Assembly (NCBI GenBank): GCA_963934255.1
Contig: CAWVXU010000046.1
Location: 1 to 20,236, forward strand
Direction of reading: 5' to 3'
DNA: 20,236 nucleotides
DNA from: an uncultured Fibrobacterales bacterium
GTDB taxonomy: Bacteria; Fibrobacterota; Fibrobacteria; Fibrobacterales; CAWVXU01
Shown here one piece after another: positions 19,138 through 20,236 of this stretch. Under the pieces are notes generated by a model. That model searched no databases. It saw nothing but the letters and a program-made list of their open reading frames with translations, and had not been told where the DNA came from. Positions within the stretch are counted from its first letter, which is position 1; each line of letters starts with the position of its first letter. The position numbers were made by a program, and so were the translations under genes.

Positions 19138-20236
19138 ATGATGATGATTATAAGAAATCTCAGTTTATTAGTTTTATTACTAAGCACTCTAGCCTCGGCT
19201 ATGGGTCCAACTATATCGACTTTCACCGATGAAGAAGAGGGGGAAGCTAATTCTCATATTGTTGGTGAGTTTACAGATGATCTCACTAAAGCCAATATTG
19301 GTGACCTACGCGAAGGACGCTATATAATGCGTCAACGATTTGAAGACCCCTTCGATTCAGAATCAGTTCTTTACCAACTTTTCAGCGGTAAAGCCGGACC
19401 TTCAGCAGGGGACCTAAAAGCTTTTGAAGCTGGTGATTTACCATACAAATTAATGGCTCGTAAAAAATTCTACACCAGTGAATCGCCTGAACTCGATGAA
19501 GACTTAGAAATGATTTTTTTTGATGGTAAATATTTGTATGCTGATGCAGAAGTCGTTTTCATATCACACCAAAGCTCTTTTATCTCATTAAAAAGCGTTA
19601 CTAATGAATTAAAAAAAGGTATGACTCCACCCGCTGCAATCCCTGTTGTAGCCCCTCAACTCGCAGTTATTACACCTGTAGATGAAGATCCTTCACTTTC
19701 TGATCAGCCTGAATCGGACCCACTTAGCTCAGACACCCTAGCAGATGCCCCAGTAGAATCCCCTTTTGATACACCTTCTGAAGAAACGGCCAATACATAC
19801 GGAACTGAAGACGAGGACGAGGACGAGGACGCTTTTGATGACCCATATGAAAAATCCATTGAAGAAGCCTCAGCCGAAGTAGAAGAACAAAACTCATACG
19901 ACCAAGCTGCTGCTGACGAAAATTTAGATGCCGTTTATGATCGATTTGGCCATGGCGATGACATACAAGAATATATCGGTTATGGCTTTATTACTATGGC
20001 TGGTGGATTTGCCGTTGCTACTCTCCTCAAACACATGAAGATTAAAGAAGCAGAAGATGTTACAACAGAACTTGAATTGCAATACCAAGACAATGTTGGA
20101 ATCCAATTAATTAGCTATCCTGAGACAGATGATCCCTTACATTATTATGACAATACTGAAAATGCTCGTATACTAACGGGTTATATCAAACAAAGTAAAG
20201 CAGAAACAGATACAAGAAAATCATCACGAAACCTTC
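19138..20236 (+). CDS. Hypothetical secreted/surface protein with acidic Pro-rich linker (3'-truncated by window edge)
   Basis: Not in the ORF track because it has no stop inside the window. Frame open from ATG 19138 (also in-frame ATG 19105) to the end: MMMIIRNLSLLVLLLSTLASA|MGPTISTFTDEEEGEANSHIVGEF...; later a hydrophobic YIGYGFITMAGGFAVATLL segment. Confidence 0.88.
   Translation, partial: MMMIIRNLSLLVLLLSTLASAMGPTISTFTDEEEGEANSHIVGEFTDDLTKANIGDLREGRYIMRQRFEDPFDSESVLYQLFSGKAGPSAGDLKAFEAGDLPYKLMARKKFYTSESPELDEDLEMIFFDGKYLYADAEVVFISHQSSFISLKSVTNELKKGMTPPAAIPVVAPQLAVITPVDEDPSLSDQPESDPLSSDTLADAPVESPFDTPSEETANTYGTEDEDEDEDAFDDPYEKSIEEASAEVEEQNSYDQAAADENLDAVYDRFGHGDDIQEYIGYGFITMAGGFAVATLLKHMKIKEAEDVTTELELQYQDNVGIQLISYPETDDPLHYYDNTENARILTGYIKQSKAETDTRKSSRNL
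19810..19830 (+). repeat. In-frame hexamer microsatellite (GACGAG)3.5 encoding Asp-Glu run
   Basis: gacgag gacgag gacgag gac, read as (E)DEDEDED. Confidence 0.8.

Noticed and set aside
19924..20106. 60-aa minus-strand ORF
   Set aside because: Antisense to the long open + strand CDS starting at 19138.

Overview
AT-rich bacterial chromosomal window made mostly of housekeeping genes, with no mobile element or CRISPR array seen. The lineage is uncertain; the promoter style and gene content would fit an FCB-group organism such as Fibrobacterota (inference). Left to right it holds: the 3' end of a DUF349-repeat protein, a GT4 glycosyltransferase, a Na+/solute symporter with an unusual Cys-spaced loop insertion, guaB, and pth-rplY-tRNA-Gln-ispE (lacking the usual prs). 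Next come a divergent argF and a tightly packed ~9.2 kb minus-strand run: hemA-hemC-hemD-hemL, secreted TPR protein, FlgN/FliT-like protein, FleS/FlrB-like PAS kinase, FleR/FlrC-like sigma-54 activator and an uncalled 32-aa membrane microprotein. An uncalled secreted acidic protein runs off the right end. The most interesting points are the physical coupling of tetrapyrrole synthesis to an orphan flagellar-type two-component module, the translationally coupled microprotein at its end, the C-x6-C-x6-C-x6-C symporter insertion, and a terminator-like hairpin 18 nt upstream of rplY.
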